NCBI GenBank assembly: GCA_963817785.1
Contig: CAWFPL010000008.1
Location: forward strand, 912,463 to 976,462
Direction: 5' to 3'
DNA from: an uncultured Pseudomonadota bacterium
GTDB lineage: Bacteria > Pseudomonadota > Gammaproteobacteria > Burkholderiales > SG8-39
Length of the DNA: 64,000 nt
Below, piece after piece: positions 47,697 to 57,808 of the stretch. The translations under genes were made by a program, and so were the position numbers. Numbering within the stretch: position 1 is the first letter of the stretch; each line of letters starts with the position of its first letter. The notes beneath the pieces were generated by a model. The model was not told where the DNA came from. It saw only the letters and a program-made list of their open reading frames with translations, and ran no database searches.

Positions 47697-47872
47697 GTCG
47701 GCGCGCTGCCCGTTGCCCAATTTGCCCGGTGAGATGGGTTCGACGCCTGAGCGGGCGGCGCAATGCTCTGAGGTGTTGTACCTTGGGTCTCGAGGCTGTG
47801 ATGAGCGGCTCGCTCGATCGGCTGGGCCGATCGGCCAAGGCCGCGGGCTCGCGCTATTCTTGAGCGCAGACG

Positions 47873-47921
47873 CCGCAAAAACGAAGGCCCGGGCGAGTTC
47901 CTGGAAGAACCCCGGGCCTTC
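47873..47921 (-). terminator. strong hairpin followed by a T5 run on the minus strand
   Basis: A perfect 11-bp stem gaaggcccggg/cccgggccttc (47883-47893 with 47911-47921) has an inner gttc/gaac pairing. On the minus strand it is followed by gTTTTTg (47875-47879). Confidence 0.45.
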
Positions 47922-48017
47922 TACACGGGCGGCGCACGCGAAGCGCGCGCGCGTCGTCTGCATTGCCTTTATGCCCGCAATGCACGGCGTTGTCCAGTCC
48001 TTGCCTGGAACGCGTGC

Positions 48018-48452
48018 ATGGCGGCGGTGCCCGAGGCGTCTCATCGGCTCTACAACTGCCGGCGTTGCGGCGAGCAGGTGCAGGTGTGCCGGGGCTGCGA
48101 CCACGGCAACATCTACTGCGCCGGGGGGTGCGCGGCGCTTCGCCGGCGCGAGTCGTTACGCCGCGCCGGGCAGCGCTACCAGTTGAGCTTCCGCGGGGCG
48201 TGCCGCCACGCGGCGCGCCAGCGGACCTGGCGCATGCGCCAAGCCCATAAAGTGACGCATCAGGGTTCCCCTCGTGCCGCCTTGGCTGCCACAGTGGTGG
48301 CTACTTCGCTTGACAGCACAAGGCTGGTACATGATGGCCAAAGTCCGCCGGTTGGATCGCGCACCTTGCCGGGCGCGGGGCCGCGCTGCAGTTTCTGCGC
48401 TCGGGCGCTCTCGGCCTTCGCACGGTTGGGAGCGTTACGCGGCGGACCATAA
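48018..48452 (+). CDS. Cys-rich (zinc-ribbon-like) small protein upstream of istA
   Basis: 144 aa with YNCRRCGEQVQVCRGCDHGNIYCAGGCAALRRRESLRRAGQRYQ. It ends 15 nt before istA. Confidence 0.5.
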   Translation: MAAVPEASHRLYNCRRCGEQVQVCRGCDHGNIYCAGGCAALRRRESLRRAGQRYQLSFRGACRHAARQRTWRMRQAHKVTHQGSPRAALAATVVATSLDSTRLVHDGQSPPVGSRTLPGAGPRCSFCARALSAFARLGALRGGP

Positions 48453-48467
48453 AGAGGGCTGCGCGCC

Positions 48468-50009
48468 ATGATCCCGCGCGCGCTCGAAGCCGAGATCCTG
48501 CGCCTGCATCACACCGAGCACTGGCCCGTGGGCACAATCGCTCGGCAGCTTCGCGTGCACCACGGCACCGTGCGCCGCGTGCTCGCTCAAGCCGGCGTGC
48601 TGACGGCCCCGCGCACAGCGCGCGCCTCGATCGTCGAGCCCTATGTCGGCTTCATCACCGAGACGCTCGCCAAGTATCCGACACTACGTGCCTCGCGCCT
48701 GTACGCGATGGTGCGCAGCCGCGGCTATCCGGGCGCTGCGGATCACTTCCGCGCCATCATCGCGCGGCTGCGCCCACGGCCGGCGGCCGAAGCCTATCTG
48801 CGGCTACGCACATTGCCGGGGGACCAAGGCCAGACTGACTGGGCTCACTTCGGCAAGCTCGCCGTGGGCCGCGCCGTGCGTCCTCTGATGGCCTTCGTGA
48901 TGGTGCTCTCGTACTCGCGGATGCTGTTCCTGCGCTTTTATCTGGGCGCCTCGATGAGCGAGTTCCTGCGCGGCCATGTGGAGGCGTTCGCGTATTTCAA
49001 CTCCGTGCCGCGTGTCTTGCTCTACGATAATCTTAAGAGCGCCGTGCTCGAGCGCGTCGATCAGGCGATTCGCTTCCATCCGAAGTTGCTCGAGCTGGCC
49101 GCCCATTACCGGTTCCAGCCGCGGCCCGTGGCGGTGGCGCGCGGAAATGAAAAAGGGCGCGTGGAGCGCTCGATTCGTTTTGCCCGCGAGGCGTTCTTCG
49201 CCGGGCGCACGTTCCGCGATCTCGAGGATCTGAACGCGCAAGCGCTTGCGTGGTGCGCGGGGGCGGCCGCCGAGCGGCCCTGCCCCGAGGATCGTACGCG
49301 CAGCGTGCGCGAGGTGTTCGAGGAGGAGCGCTCCTGTCTTCTCGCCTTGCCTGATAACCCGTTCCCGTGCGAAGCGAGAATCGAGGCGAGCGTGCATAAG
49401 ACGCCTTACGTGCGCTTTGACTGGAACGAGTACTCGATTCCTCACACGCACGTCAACCGCACCCTGGTCGTGCTCGCCACGCTCCAGAGCGTGCGCATCC
49501 TCGAGGGCGCTCAAGTCCTCGCCACTCACCCCAGAAGCTTCGATCGGGGCGCGAGAATCGAGGATCCGGCCCACCTCGAAGCCCTCGTCGCTCACAAGCG
49601 CGCCGCCCGAGCGCATCGCGCGCAGGACCGCCTGCAGCACGCCGCACCCAGTGCGAAGCCCCTGTTCCTGCGCGCCGCTGAGCGCGGCGCCCACTTGGGC
49701 GTGCTCACCCGGGGGCTGCTGCAGTTGCTCGACAGCCACGGCGCGCAAGCGCTCGAGGCGGCGATCGCCGCGGCGCTCGCCGAAGACGCTGCGCACCTCG
49801 GGGCCGTGCGCCACTTCATCGACGCCCACGCCCATGCGCGCGGCGAGCGCCCGCCCATTGCGGTCGCGCTGCCCAAGGACCCGCGGCTCGAGCACTTGAG
49901 CGTGCGCTCGCAGCCCTTAAGCGATTACGAACGACTCGCCGAAGGAGTCCCCGATGAACGCCCCGAGCGATCGAATCCCGAGCACACCGACGACGAACCT
50001 CAGTCTTGA
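48468..50009 (+). CDS. istA: IS21-family transposase IstA
   Basis: 513 aa with an N-terminal HTH ([21 protein letters not shown]) and the DDE region ([12 protein letters not shown]...[11 protein letters not shown]). Confidence 0.9.
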   Translation: MIPRALEAEILRLHHTEHWPVGTIARQLRVHHGTVRRVLAQAGVLTAPRTARASIVEPYVGFITETLAKYPTLRASRLYAMVRSRGYPGAADHFRAIIARLRPRPAAEAYLRLRTLPGDQGQTDWAHFGKLAVGRAVRPLMAFVMVLSYSRMLFLRFYLGASMSEFLRGHVEAFAYFNSVPRVLLYDNLKSAVLERVDQAIRFHPKLLELAAHYRFQPRPVAVARGNEKGRVERSIRFAREAFFAGRTFRDLEDLNAQALAWCAGAAAERPCPEDRTRSVREVFEEERSCLLALPDNPFPCEARIEASVHKTPYVRFDWNEYSIPHTHVNRTLVVLATLQSVRILEGAQVLATHPRSFDRGARIEDPAHLEALVAHKRAARAHRAQDRLQHAAPSAKPLFLRAAERGAHLGVLTRGLLQLLDSHGAQALEAAIAAALAEDAAHLGAVRHFIDAHAHARGERPPIAVALPKDPRLEHLSVRSQPLSDYERLAEGVPDERPERSNPEHTDDEPQS

Positions 50010-50754
50010 GGCGGCCCGCGGCCGGCTGCGCCGGCTCGGCCTCTACGGGCTGCTCGAGCAGTTGCCCGAACTCCTCGCCGAGCCCTGGCTCGCGCGGGTG
50101 ATCGACATCGAGGAGGCCGAGCGCACCCGGCGCTCGCTCAAGCGTCGGCTCGACAACGCCCGCCTGGGCGCCTTCAAGCCGCTTGCCGAGTTCGACTGGG
50201 CCTGGCCCACCAAGTGCGATCGCGCCGCGATCGAAGAGCTCTTCTCGCTCGGCTTCCTCGCCGAAGCCGCCAACGTGATCCTGATCGGCCCCAACGGCCT
50301 GGGCAAGACGATGCTCATGAAAAACCTCGCCCACCAAGCGCTGCTCCAGGGCTACAGCGCGCGCTTCACCCTCGCCTCGGACATGCTCCATGACCTGGCC
50401 GCCCAGGACTCGAGCACCGCGCTCGCGCGGCGCCTGCGCCGCTATAGCAGCCCGACACTGTTGTGCATTGATGAGCTCGGGTATCTGTCCTACGACAGCC
50501 GCTACGCCGACCTGCTCTTCGAGGTGATCACCCGCCGCTACCAGGCCCAGCGGCCCGTCGCCTTGACTACGAACAAGGTCTTTGGCGAATGGAATCAGGT
50601 CTTCCCCAACGCGGCTTGCGTCGTCACCCTGATCGATCGACTCCTCCACCGCTCCGAGATCATCGCCCTGGAGGGCGAATCCTACCGCCTCAAGGAAGCC
50701 CAGGAACGCGCCGCACACAAAGCGAAATCCCGCGGCCGCGCCCCACGCAAGTGA
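49954..50754 (+). CDS. istB: IS21-family helper ATPase IstB
   Basis: 266 aa with Walker [12 protein letters not shown] and Walker [10 protein letters not shown], in the IstB/DnaC-like pattern. Confidence 0.9.
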   Translation: MNAPSDRIPSTPTTNLSLEAARGRLRRLGLYGLLEQLPELLAEPWLARVIDIEEAERTRRSLKRRLDNARLGAFKPLAEFDWAWPTKCDRAAIEELFSLGFLAEAANVILIGPNGLGKTMLMKNLAHQALLQGYSARFTLASDMLHDLAAQDSSTALARRLRRYSSPTLLCIDELGYLSYDSRYADLLFEVITRRYQAQRPVALTTNKVFGEWNQVFPNAACVVTLIDRLLHRSEIIALEGESYRLKEAQERAAHKAKSRGRAPRK

Positions 50755-50766
50755 GCGCTGAAGCCG

Positions 50767-50976
50767 ATGTTGCGACCCAACGATTTGCCGCTCGTGTGTC
50801 TGCCCACCGGGCTCTCCGATGAGGCCGCTGCAAGCCTGCTCGAGTTCCTCTACGAGCTCACCGAGGCGCTCGAACGTCACTACGCCGCCCAGCTTCGCCG
50901 CTACTATCAACCACCCGCCGACATCGCACAGCACGATCTTGATGTCGATCCCCCGAGCACCGATCCGCCGTTCTGA
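50767..50976 (+). CDS. small hypothetical protein downstream of istB
   Basis: 69-aa track ORF, 12 nt after the istB stop. No motif recognised. Confidence 0.35.
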   Translation: MLRPNDLPLVCLPTGLSDEAAASLLEFLYELTEALERHYAAQLRRYYQPPADIAQHDLDVDPPSTDPPF

Positions 50977-51270
50977 TCGTTGCCTTCCCCTCTCGCCCGA
51001 GTGCGCCTACCGACCCATCGCGCGCCCATCCTCAAAATGACGCGCTTTTACATCCCCGGCAACACGCCTGCTCTGCCGCACGCATCGCGCGCCAGCAAGC
51101 GGTCGGCAGCTCCGGCGCGATCGCAACCGAGAGCCCGCGGCCATGACTGCCTCGCCAGCCCTCAGAAGCCCTCAGGAGCCTTCAGGCGCGACGCGGCAGC
51201 TCGAAGCTACCCTGACACCACCTTGGTTCGCAGCGTCCAGCCGCAAGGCCATGCGCATGCAGGTCACGGC

Positions 51271-51450
51271 ATGATGGCAACGCCGGATGAGCTCACCGAG
51301 CTCGCCGAGCTGATCTCGCTTGTCTACGGCGACCACGGCGAGGCAGCAGTCACCGAGGAATTCACCAGCGCGCTCAAACATCCGCGAGATTCGCTCGAAG
51401 CCCTGCGCTGGGTCGCAGGCGTCGAGCTTCGACTGCGCACGCTCCAATGA
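51271..51450 (+). CDS. small hypothetical protein
   Basis: The ATG 51271 sub-ORF of track ORF 50980..51450 (MMATPDELTELAELISLVYGDHGE...). No motif recognised. Confidence 0.25.
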   Translation: MMATPDELTELAELISLVYGDHGEAAVTEEFTSALKHPRDSLEALRWVAGVELRLRTLQ

Positions 51451-51764
51451 TCGCAGCCGAGCAGCCATGACGCCACGCACTCGCTCGAGGCTCACGCACG
51501 CGCGCCGCTACTGCGCGGCGACCTACCTGAGCGCCATTCGGCCGCACCGCGTTGCTTGTAGGCTATCGCCGCGCGACGGAGCGCCTGCTCAAGCGCCGCT
51601 CGCGCTGGCACGCTTTAGAAAATGCCGGCGCTCGCGATGGCCGAGGCCAAATCAAGCCGGGTGGGGGTGGCGTACCCCCGCGACTGCCGATCGCCGCGCG
51701 AAGTTGACGTTCCTCTCCGCTTTCGCGCCGCCTTTTTGAATCTTCTGTGTAACCGTTAACGACC

Positions 51765-52385
51765 ATGCCTATCCGCCCGCTCAGACCTGACGAATCGCAC
51801 CTAGCCGAGATGCTGCCGGAGGGTGAGGATCTCGGGCCGGCGATGCGCGAATGCAGTAAGCGGCAGCGCGTTTTCGTGGTGCTCTTGCTCGATCAGGGCT
51901 CGAAGCAGGATCGCACGCGGGCGGCGGAGATGGCGGGCTACCAGGGGAGCACGAGGAACTCGCTCAAGGTGACGGCGCACTGGCTTGCGCACAATCCGAA
52001 GGTGCAGGCTGCGGTGTTGGAAGAGGCGCGCAAGCGCATGACTCTCGGCACGGGGGCGGCGGCGGCGCTGCTCCTGGAGACGATCGCCGACGAGAAGGCC
52101 CACCGCAAGGACCGGCTGCGCGCGGCTGCGGATCTGCTGGACCGCTCGGGCATTCCCGCGATGAGCGAGCACAAGGTCAGCGTGGAGCGCACGCTCTCGC
52201 GCGATGAAAAGCTGCTGCGGGTAGTGGAGCTATCGAGGCTGCTCGGGCGCAACCCGTCGGAATTCCTCGGGAGCCTGGTCGAGCTGCTGCCGGATGACCT
52301 CAAGACGCTCGAGCGGGCCGAGGTGGACGTTACGCCCGAGGGCGGCCACCATGGAGATCAAGATGACTATGCAAATCGAAGGTGA
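51765..52385 (+). CDS. phage terminase small subunit-like protein
   Basis: 206 aa. QRVFVVLLLDQGSKQDRTRAAEMAGYQGSTRNSLKVTAHWLAHNPKVQAAV resembles the HTH-like N-terminal domain of TerS (Terminase_2/P27 type). Confidence 0.5.
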   Translation: MPIRPLRPDESHLAEMLPEGEDLGPAMRECSKRQRVFVVLLLDQGSKQDRTRAAEMAGYQGSTRNSLKVTAHWLAHNPKVQAAVLEEARKRMTLGTGAAAALLLETIADEKAHRKDRLRAAADLLDRSGIPAMSEHKVSVERTLSRDEKLLRVVELSRLLGRNPSEFLGSLVELLPDDLKTLERAEVDVTPEGGHHGDQDDYANRR

Positions 52386-52896
52386 GTTGGAATCCGGCGC
52401 GGGCGCACCTGAGGCGGCGGACGCCGTGCTGGAGGCGCTGGTTGGCGTGCACGCGGAACTCGCGCGCGCCGAGGAAATCCGGCAGGCGCTCGAGGCGCTG
52501 GCCGAAACCCTCGGCGAGCTCATGGTCGCGAGCGCGCACCGCGACGTGGCCCCTGGCGCACCGCATGGCGTGCCGGCCGCTGCACCCGATGACGAACCTG
52601 ATGGCGAACCTTGGCGCGTCCCGGCTGCTCTACGCACTGGCGCAGAGGAGGGTATCGAGGATGCCGTACCGGCCGATGCGGCGAGTGGTGCGCCCGCAGC
52701 GCTGCCCGCCGGCTATCGGCTCGAGATGGGCGCCAACCAGGCCGTCACAGTCATGGTGACGGGCCGCGACGCCGGGGAAAACATCGCCTCGGCCGACGTG
52801 CTGGCGGGCAGCAAGGCCCTGCGATTGCGCGTGCTCGGGCGCGATCCCGAGGGCCGCATCAGCTCCGCCGAAGTCAGACTGCTCACGACGCACTGA
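52351..52896 (+). CDS. hypothetical acidic protein (phage-module)
   Basis: The ATG 52351 sub-ORF of 52294..52896. It overlaps the TerS-like gene end. No motif recognised. Confidence 0.4.
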   Translation: MEIKMTMQIEGELESGAGAPEAADAVLEALVGVHAELARAEEIRQALEALAETLGELMVASAHRDVAPGAPHGVPAAAPDDEPDGEPWRVPAALRTGAEEGIEDAVPADAASGAPAALPAGYRLEMGANQAVTVMVTGRDAGENIASADVLAGSKALRLRVLGRDPEGRISSAEVRLLTTH

Positions 52897-52904
52897 GCAC
52901 CCCA

Positions 52905-53273
52905 ATGGGCAACGACCCGAGACGCGACCCCGCGCCGAGCGCCACTCTGGCGGAGATGACGGAGAGGCTGGACGACGCGCTCGCCGAGGAGGATGAGGGT
53001 GTTCGGGAGTTCGGCGAGATGCTTGAGGGCCTTGAGCAGATACTCGGGGCGCTGCTGACGCTGAGAGGCAGCGGGTCGGTCCTCGCCTCCCCGCGTGCCG
53101 AGGGGCTGGAGGCGGCGGTCTGCGACGTCACCGCGATGCGCGACGAACTCGAACGCAGGCAGGGGAACGCCCGGCGCCGCAGGGAGCGGCTCGAGCAAAG
53201 CGTGCGCCGCGACGAAAACGGCCAGGTCGTCAGCGTGCACGTCAAGCCGCGTGGCGAGTTCGAACTGCACTAG
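52905..53273 (+). CDS. hypothetical coiled-coil protein (phage-module)
   Basis: ATG 52905 within track ORF 52611..53273, 122 aa, Glu/Arg-rich. Confidence 0.4.
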   Translation: MGNDPRRDPAPSATLAEMTERLDDALAEEDEGVREFGEMLEGLEQILGALLTLRGSGSVLASPRAEGLEAAVCDVTAMRDELERRQGNARRRRERLEQSVRRDENGQVVSVHVKPRGEFELH

Positions 53274-53287
53274 CTGAAGGAGGCGAT

Positions 53288-53659
53288 ATGGTCAAACCCG
53301 CAACGGTCTTTAGCGCGAGCGCTTCGGTCACCACGAGCGCCACGTGCGCCGCGAGCCTGACGCACGATGGTCAAACTTTTTGGTATTGCTCGGGGCTCAC
53401 GATCACCTATGGCGGCGCGACTGCGGCCTCGCTCCAGAAGGCAACGCTCACCGGTCTCAAGGGCGGCCCGATCACGCTGGCGCTCGCCGTGCCCGGGAGC
53501 GTGACGAGCGGCGGCGCGCTCAATCTCGACTTCCCGAGCGCGCTTGCCGGCGTGGATCAGAACACAGACGTCACGCTCAGCCTGCCGGCGATGGGCGCGG
53601 GCAATGCCTTTGCCTGCGCGAGCGTGCGCGGCTACCGGGGCGCCCGGCAGCTCGCGTAG
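53288..53659 (+). CDS. hypothetical protein (phage-module)
   Basis: 123 aa with a strong RBS (GAAGGAGG) 5 nt upstream. The sequence is Ser/Thr/Ala/Gly-rich. Confidence 0.5.
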   Translation: MVKPATVFSASASVTTSATCAASLTHDGQTFWYCSGLTITYGGATAASLQKATLTGLKGGPITLALAVPGSVTSGGALNLDFPSALAGVDQNTDVTLSLPAMGAGNAFACASVRGYRGARQLA

Positions 53660-53790
53660 CACGACGGCTACGCGCGGTTGCGCTACTGCCGAACCTTTCG
53701 GCGTCGACAATGCAAGCAAATAGCGCGGCGCGCCGCACTGATTCAGGTTGGAAGCCCTGTCAGGCTCCTGAGCGACAGGGCATTGTTCTA

Positions 53791-54837
53791 GGCTCTGTCC
53801 TAATTACGTGTTGGTACAATTGGCGGTCTGAGTAGCAGAAGGCGGACCTCCGATGCGCAAACGAGACCTCGAACGGCTCCTAAAGGAGCTGACCAAACTG
53901 AGTCCCAACCAGCTGCGCAAGGTGTCGAACGCGGTTCGGCATCTGGAGGGCCGGCAGGAGGTCCACCGGCTGCTTGAAAAGCGCATAGAGGCGGTCGCGA
54001 AGTGCCCCTGGTGCAGCGGCGCCGAGTTCATTCGGTTCGGGCATTCTGTCAGCGGTAGCCAGCGGTACCAGTGCCAGCGCCCGGGCTGCGAGAAGACGTT
54101 CACGAGCCTGACCGGGACCACTCTGGTGGGAGCCCGCAACAAGCCGAAGCTCCTGCAGAACGCGCTCTGCATGAAGGAGGGGCTGTCGGTGCGGGAGACG
54201 GCCGAGAAACTGGGCGTTAACCGCAACACCGCCTTCCGGTTGCGGCACCTGATGATGCCGGAGCTCGAGAAGCACCAACCCTCCGATTTGCAAGGGGTTA
54301 TCGAGGCGGATGAGATGTTCTTCCGCAAGTCGTACAAGGGCCAAAAGAAGGGCTTGCCGCGCAAGGCGTATCGGCGCGGGACGCGGGCCGGAAAGCGCGG
54401 CATATCGGCCGAGCAAGTCGCCGTCGAGACCGCGGTATCCCGCGGCTCCCCGTACAGTTTCATCGAGGTCCTGCCCTCGACACCGAACGCCGGCGACATC
54501 ACGATGGCGTTGGGTCCGAAGCTGCGGACAGACGCGGTGCTCGTCACGGACGCTTCTCAGACCTATCTGACCGTCGGGAAGGCACTAGGCGTCACCGTTC
54601 GCCAGATTCCCCGCGGCTCGCACAAGCTCGGCCCGTACCACGTGCAGAACGTCAACGCTCTGCATAGCCGGATTCGCGACCGCTTGAGCAGGTTCCGAGG
54701 CGTCGCCACGAAGCACCTCCCAAGCTACCTGGCCTGGTTCCGATTCTTCGACCGGAAGTCACTCAACGTAGACCCGCAGACACTCTTGCTGGACGCCATT
54801 GGCGTGCCTCTTACCAACACGTAACTAGGACAGAGCC
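53791..54837 (+). mobile_element. IS1595-family insertion sequence (1047 bp) with 8-bp target duplication
   Basis: The 26-bp inverted repeats are ggctctgtcctaattacgtgttggta (53791-53816) and taccaacacgtaactaggacagagcc (54812-54837), with 1 mismatch. The direct repeat ttgttcta lies at 53783-53790 and 54838-54845. Confidence 0.9.
53853..54824 (+). CDS. IS1595-family transposase
   Basis: 323 aa with an N-terminal zinc ribbon (CPWCSGAEFIRFG...YQCQRPGCEKTF), an HTH (LSVRETAEKLGVNRNTAFRLRH) and the DDE block (VIEADEMFF). Confidence 0.85.
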   Translation: MRKRDLERLLKELTKLSPNQLRKVSNAVRHLEGRQEVHRLLEKRIEAVAKCPWCSGAEFIRFGHSVSGSQRYQCQRPGCEKTFTSLTGTTLVGARNKPKLLQNALCMKEGLSVRETAEKLGVNRNTAFRLRHLMMPELEKHQPSDLQGVIEADEMFFRKSYKGQKKGLPRKAYRRGTRAGKRGISAEQVAVETAVSRGSPYSFIEVLPSTPNAGDITMALGPKLRTDAVLVTDASQTYLTVGKALGVTVRQIPRGSHKLGPYHVQNVNALHSRIRDRLSRFRGVATKHLPSYLAWFRFFDRKSLNVDPQTLLLDAIGVPLTNT

Positions 54838-54842
54838 TTGTT

Positions 54843-55766
54843 CTATGGGCCTGGATACTCGTAGTTGTGATGATGATGGGGAGTGCATCGCTTCCCCTCT
54901 GGCTTTCCTGGGTCATATTGTTCGCAAAAGAAGGTCGTCCACCAGCGTTTGTATATGTCCATGTAATCGATTCTGCCATAGACATAAAACGGCCTGAATT
55001 GATGCAGGCAAACATCGATAACACGATCTACGCATTCCGTTCCTTTGGAGGAAGGAACGAAATGATTGAACGCCTGCCTAGGGTGAAGCATCTGATTGGC
55101 AAGCTTGTCCGCCTTGGTGGTAGGAGGATGACGATAGGTATCGGGCTGGGCTTCTTCAAAGCAAGTTTGAATGATGGAAACGTGGTGAGCCGTGGTTGCC
55201 CCGTAATTTTCCACTCGAATCTTGATCCCCCTGTCGGTCCCCGTGACTACTGCTGGATCGTGTTCAATCGTCTTGAGTGCAACATACGCCCTCAATTGCC
55301 GCTTCGCAGTATCCGCAGCGCCCTCTACCAATTTACTCGTTGCATCCCACAAGCGAGCCGTGTAGAGAACGAGAAGGCCGCTGAAAAGCACGAGCAACAA
55401 TTCGGTCGGGTGATCGAGAAAAGTGTCGTACCAATCATGCTCTGCGGCTCCATTGGCTTCGGATTTCTCGTTCTCCGGCTTGGAGATCGCCTGCGCGACC
55501 AGGGCCGGAAGCAACTTGCTAGCGCCATCGTTTTTGGCGGCCTTTTCGTTGCTGCCTTTGGCTGGCTGTTCGTTGTACTGCTGGCTGCGGTTTTGAACGG
55601 GCGCTTGTGAGTCAACCTTCGCCCAAACGGAAACGCTCAGCGCAAGCAGAAATCCGGTGAACAGTCCGCGCGTAGCCAGCAAGCGATGTTTTCCCGCTAG
55701 CTGTAGGTGTGTCGCGTACCCGCCAGTCGCGGTGAGCGAGGTTCTGTCGGCGGCCAGTGATCCCAC
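54843..55766 (-). CDS. membrane-anchored protein of unknown function
   Basis: 307 aa in a low-GC stretch. It has two hydrophobic helices (LFTGFLLALSVSVWA; LLLVLFSGLLVLYTA), a low-complexity linker and a ~170-aa C-terminal domain that ends in His/Cys-rich sequence (CTPHHHHNYEY). Confidence 0.55.
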   Translation of the reverse strand: MGSLAADRTSLTATGGYATHLQLAGKHRLLATRGLFTGFLLALSVSVWAKVDSQAPVQNRSQQYNEQPAKGSNEKAAKNDGASKLLPALVAQAISKPENEKSEANGAAEHDWYDTFLDHPTELLLVLFSGLLVLYTARLWDATSKLVEGAADTAKRQLRAYVALKTIEHDPAVVTGTDRGIKIRVENYGATTAHHVSIIQTCFEEAQPDTYRHPPTTKADKLANQMLHPRQAFNHFVPSSKGTECVDRVIDVCLHQFRPFYVYGRIDYMDIYKRWWTTFFCEQYDPGKPEGKRCTPHHHHNYEYPGP

Positions 55767-55774
55767 AATCGACG

Positions 55775-56203
55775 TCAGTTTATGAGGCGATGCCTAACGA
55801 GGTAGCCCCGTCCCTTGTGATCTAGCGCCCAGTACTGGTCGGATTCAAGGGCGCCATAGCTTTGCACCATGTCGGCAGCCTCTAGTTCCTCAAGATGGAA
55901 TTGAGCCGTCTGCACACCCGCAGAAACCGCAAGTGCGACCTGCTTGCTCGTGGCTTGCTCCACCCTGGAGAGACATACAAGTACCCTTTCTTTGACGTCC
56001 TCAAGGCGAGCTTCGCGTTGCTCCCATTGCTTCCGGTATGGGCTTGCCTGCTGTGCATGGTCACCTCGGGACACCTTGAGCTGCGATTCAAGGTACTCAA
56101 TGTAGGCCGCGTCGCTGCGCTGCTTCTCTTCCGCCTCCGTCAATGCCTTTTCCGCTGCCGGCGATAGCTGGATTCCCTCGAGGGCCTTTCGAAGTGTGCT
56201 CAT
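55775..56203 (-). CDS. coiled-coil plus winged-helix DNA-binding-like protein
   Basis: The track ORF extends to TTG 56311, but I prefer ATG 56203. The C-terminus VLVCLSRVEQATSKQVALAVSAGVQTAQFHLEELEAADMV looks like a wHTH. It ends 8 nt before the next gene. Confidence 0.45.
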   Translation of the reverse strand: MSTLRKALEGIQLSPAAEKALTEAEEKQRSDAAYIEYLESQLKVSRGDHAQQASPYRKQWEQREARLEDVKERVLVCLSRVEQATSKQVALAVSAGVQTAQFHLEELEAADMVQSYGALESDQYWALDHKGRGYLVRHRLIN

Positions 56204-56776
56204 AGGTTTCGTGGCGCTCCCTGTGGCATCTTGATCGCTAGTCAGAGGTCCGCGTCGCCGCGCGGCTCTGCGCTGGCGAATGTTGGCGAGAGGACTGCAG
56301 TTAATGCTCAACGTGCCTAGCCCCGGTTATTGAGGGTCCGATTGAGGGTCTCAGCTGGCGTCCCCACGGGGGTTTGCTTGCCAGGTAAATCAAATTTCGA
56401 CGCCTTGGGAAGCCGCCGTATCGGCTGCGTAATGGACCTCAGCCCCAGCCGCCTCCTGGGGTGCGCCAAACGGAATGAATGGGCGTTGGTGGTTATGTAT
56501 GCGCATTGGCGTTCTCGAAGGCGAGCAGCACGCGCTGGTGGCGAAGCTGCAGCAGGCGAGGCCTTTCCCGGGGGCCGAGCGCATCCTCACGATCGAGGTG
56601 TGCGTGTTGAGTGCACCGGTGGCTTCAGCGTCGCGTGCGCCTCGAACACCACGCCGACGATCGTGTTGCGCGGAACCGGCGCAGGTGCTGTACCGCATCC
56701 AGCGCGAGTTCCACGCCGCGCTGCAGCCGCTGACGCGCGCCGCCGCGCCGATGCCGTTCTGATCCTCCTGCCGTAG

Positions 56777-57760
<984 letters not shown>

Positions 57761-57808
57761 CCGCCTTGCCTCGAACCTGACGGCGGCGCGGCGCGCTGCG
57801 GGGGATTC

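Larger units (their letters stand above)
48018..50976 (+). mobile_element. IS21-family element core (istA-istB plus two small flanking ORFs); termini not resolved
   Basis: istA and istB are diagnostic. I could not find convincing terminal inverted repeats by eye, so the coordinates cover only the coding block. Confidence 0.55.

Noticed and set aside
47508-48186. ORFs 47508..48104 (minus, 198 aa) and 47686..48186 (plus, 166 aa) between the intron stump and IS21
   Set aside because: They overlap each other on opposite strands, have no motifs, and cross several strong hairpins and inverted repeats. The region is better explained as structured non-coding or element-end DNA.
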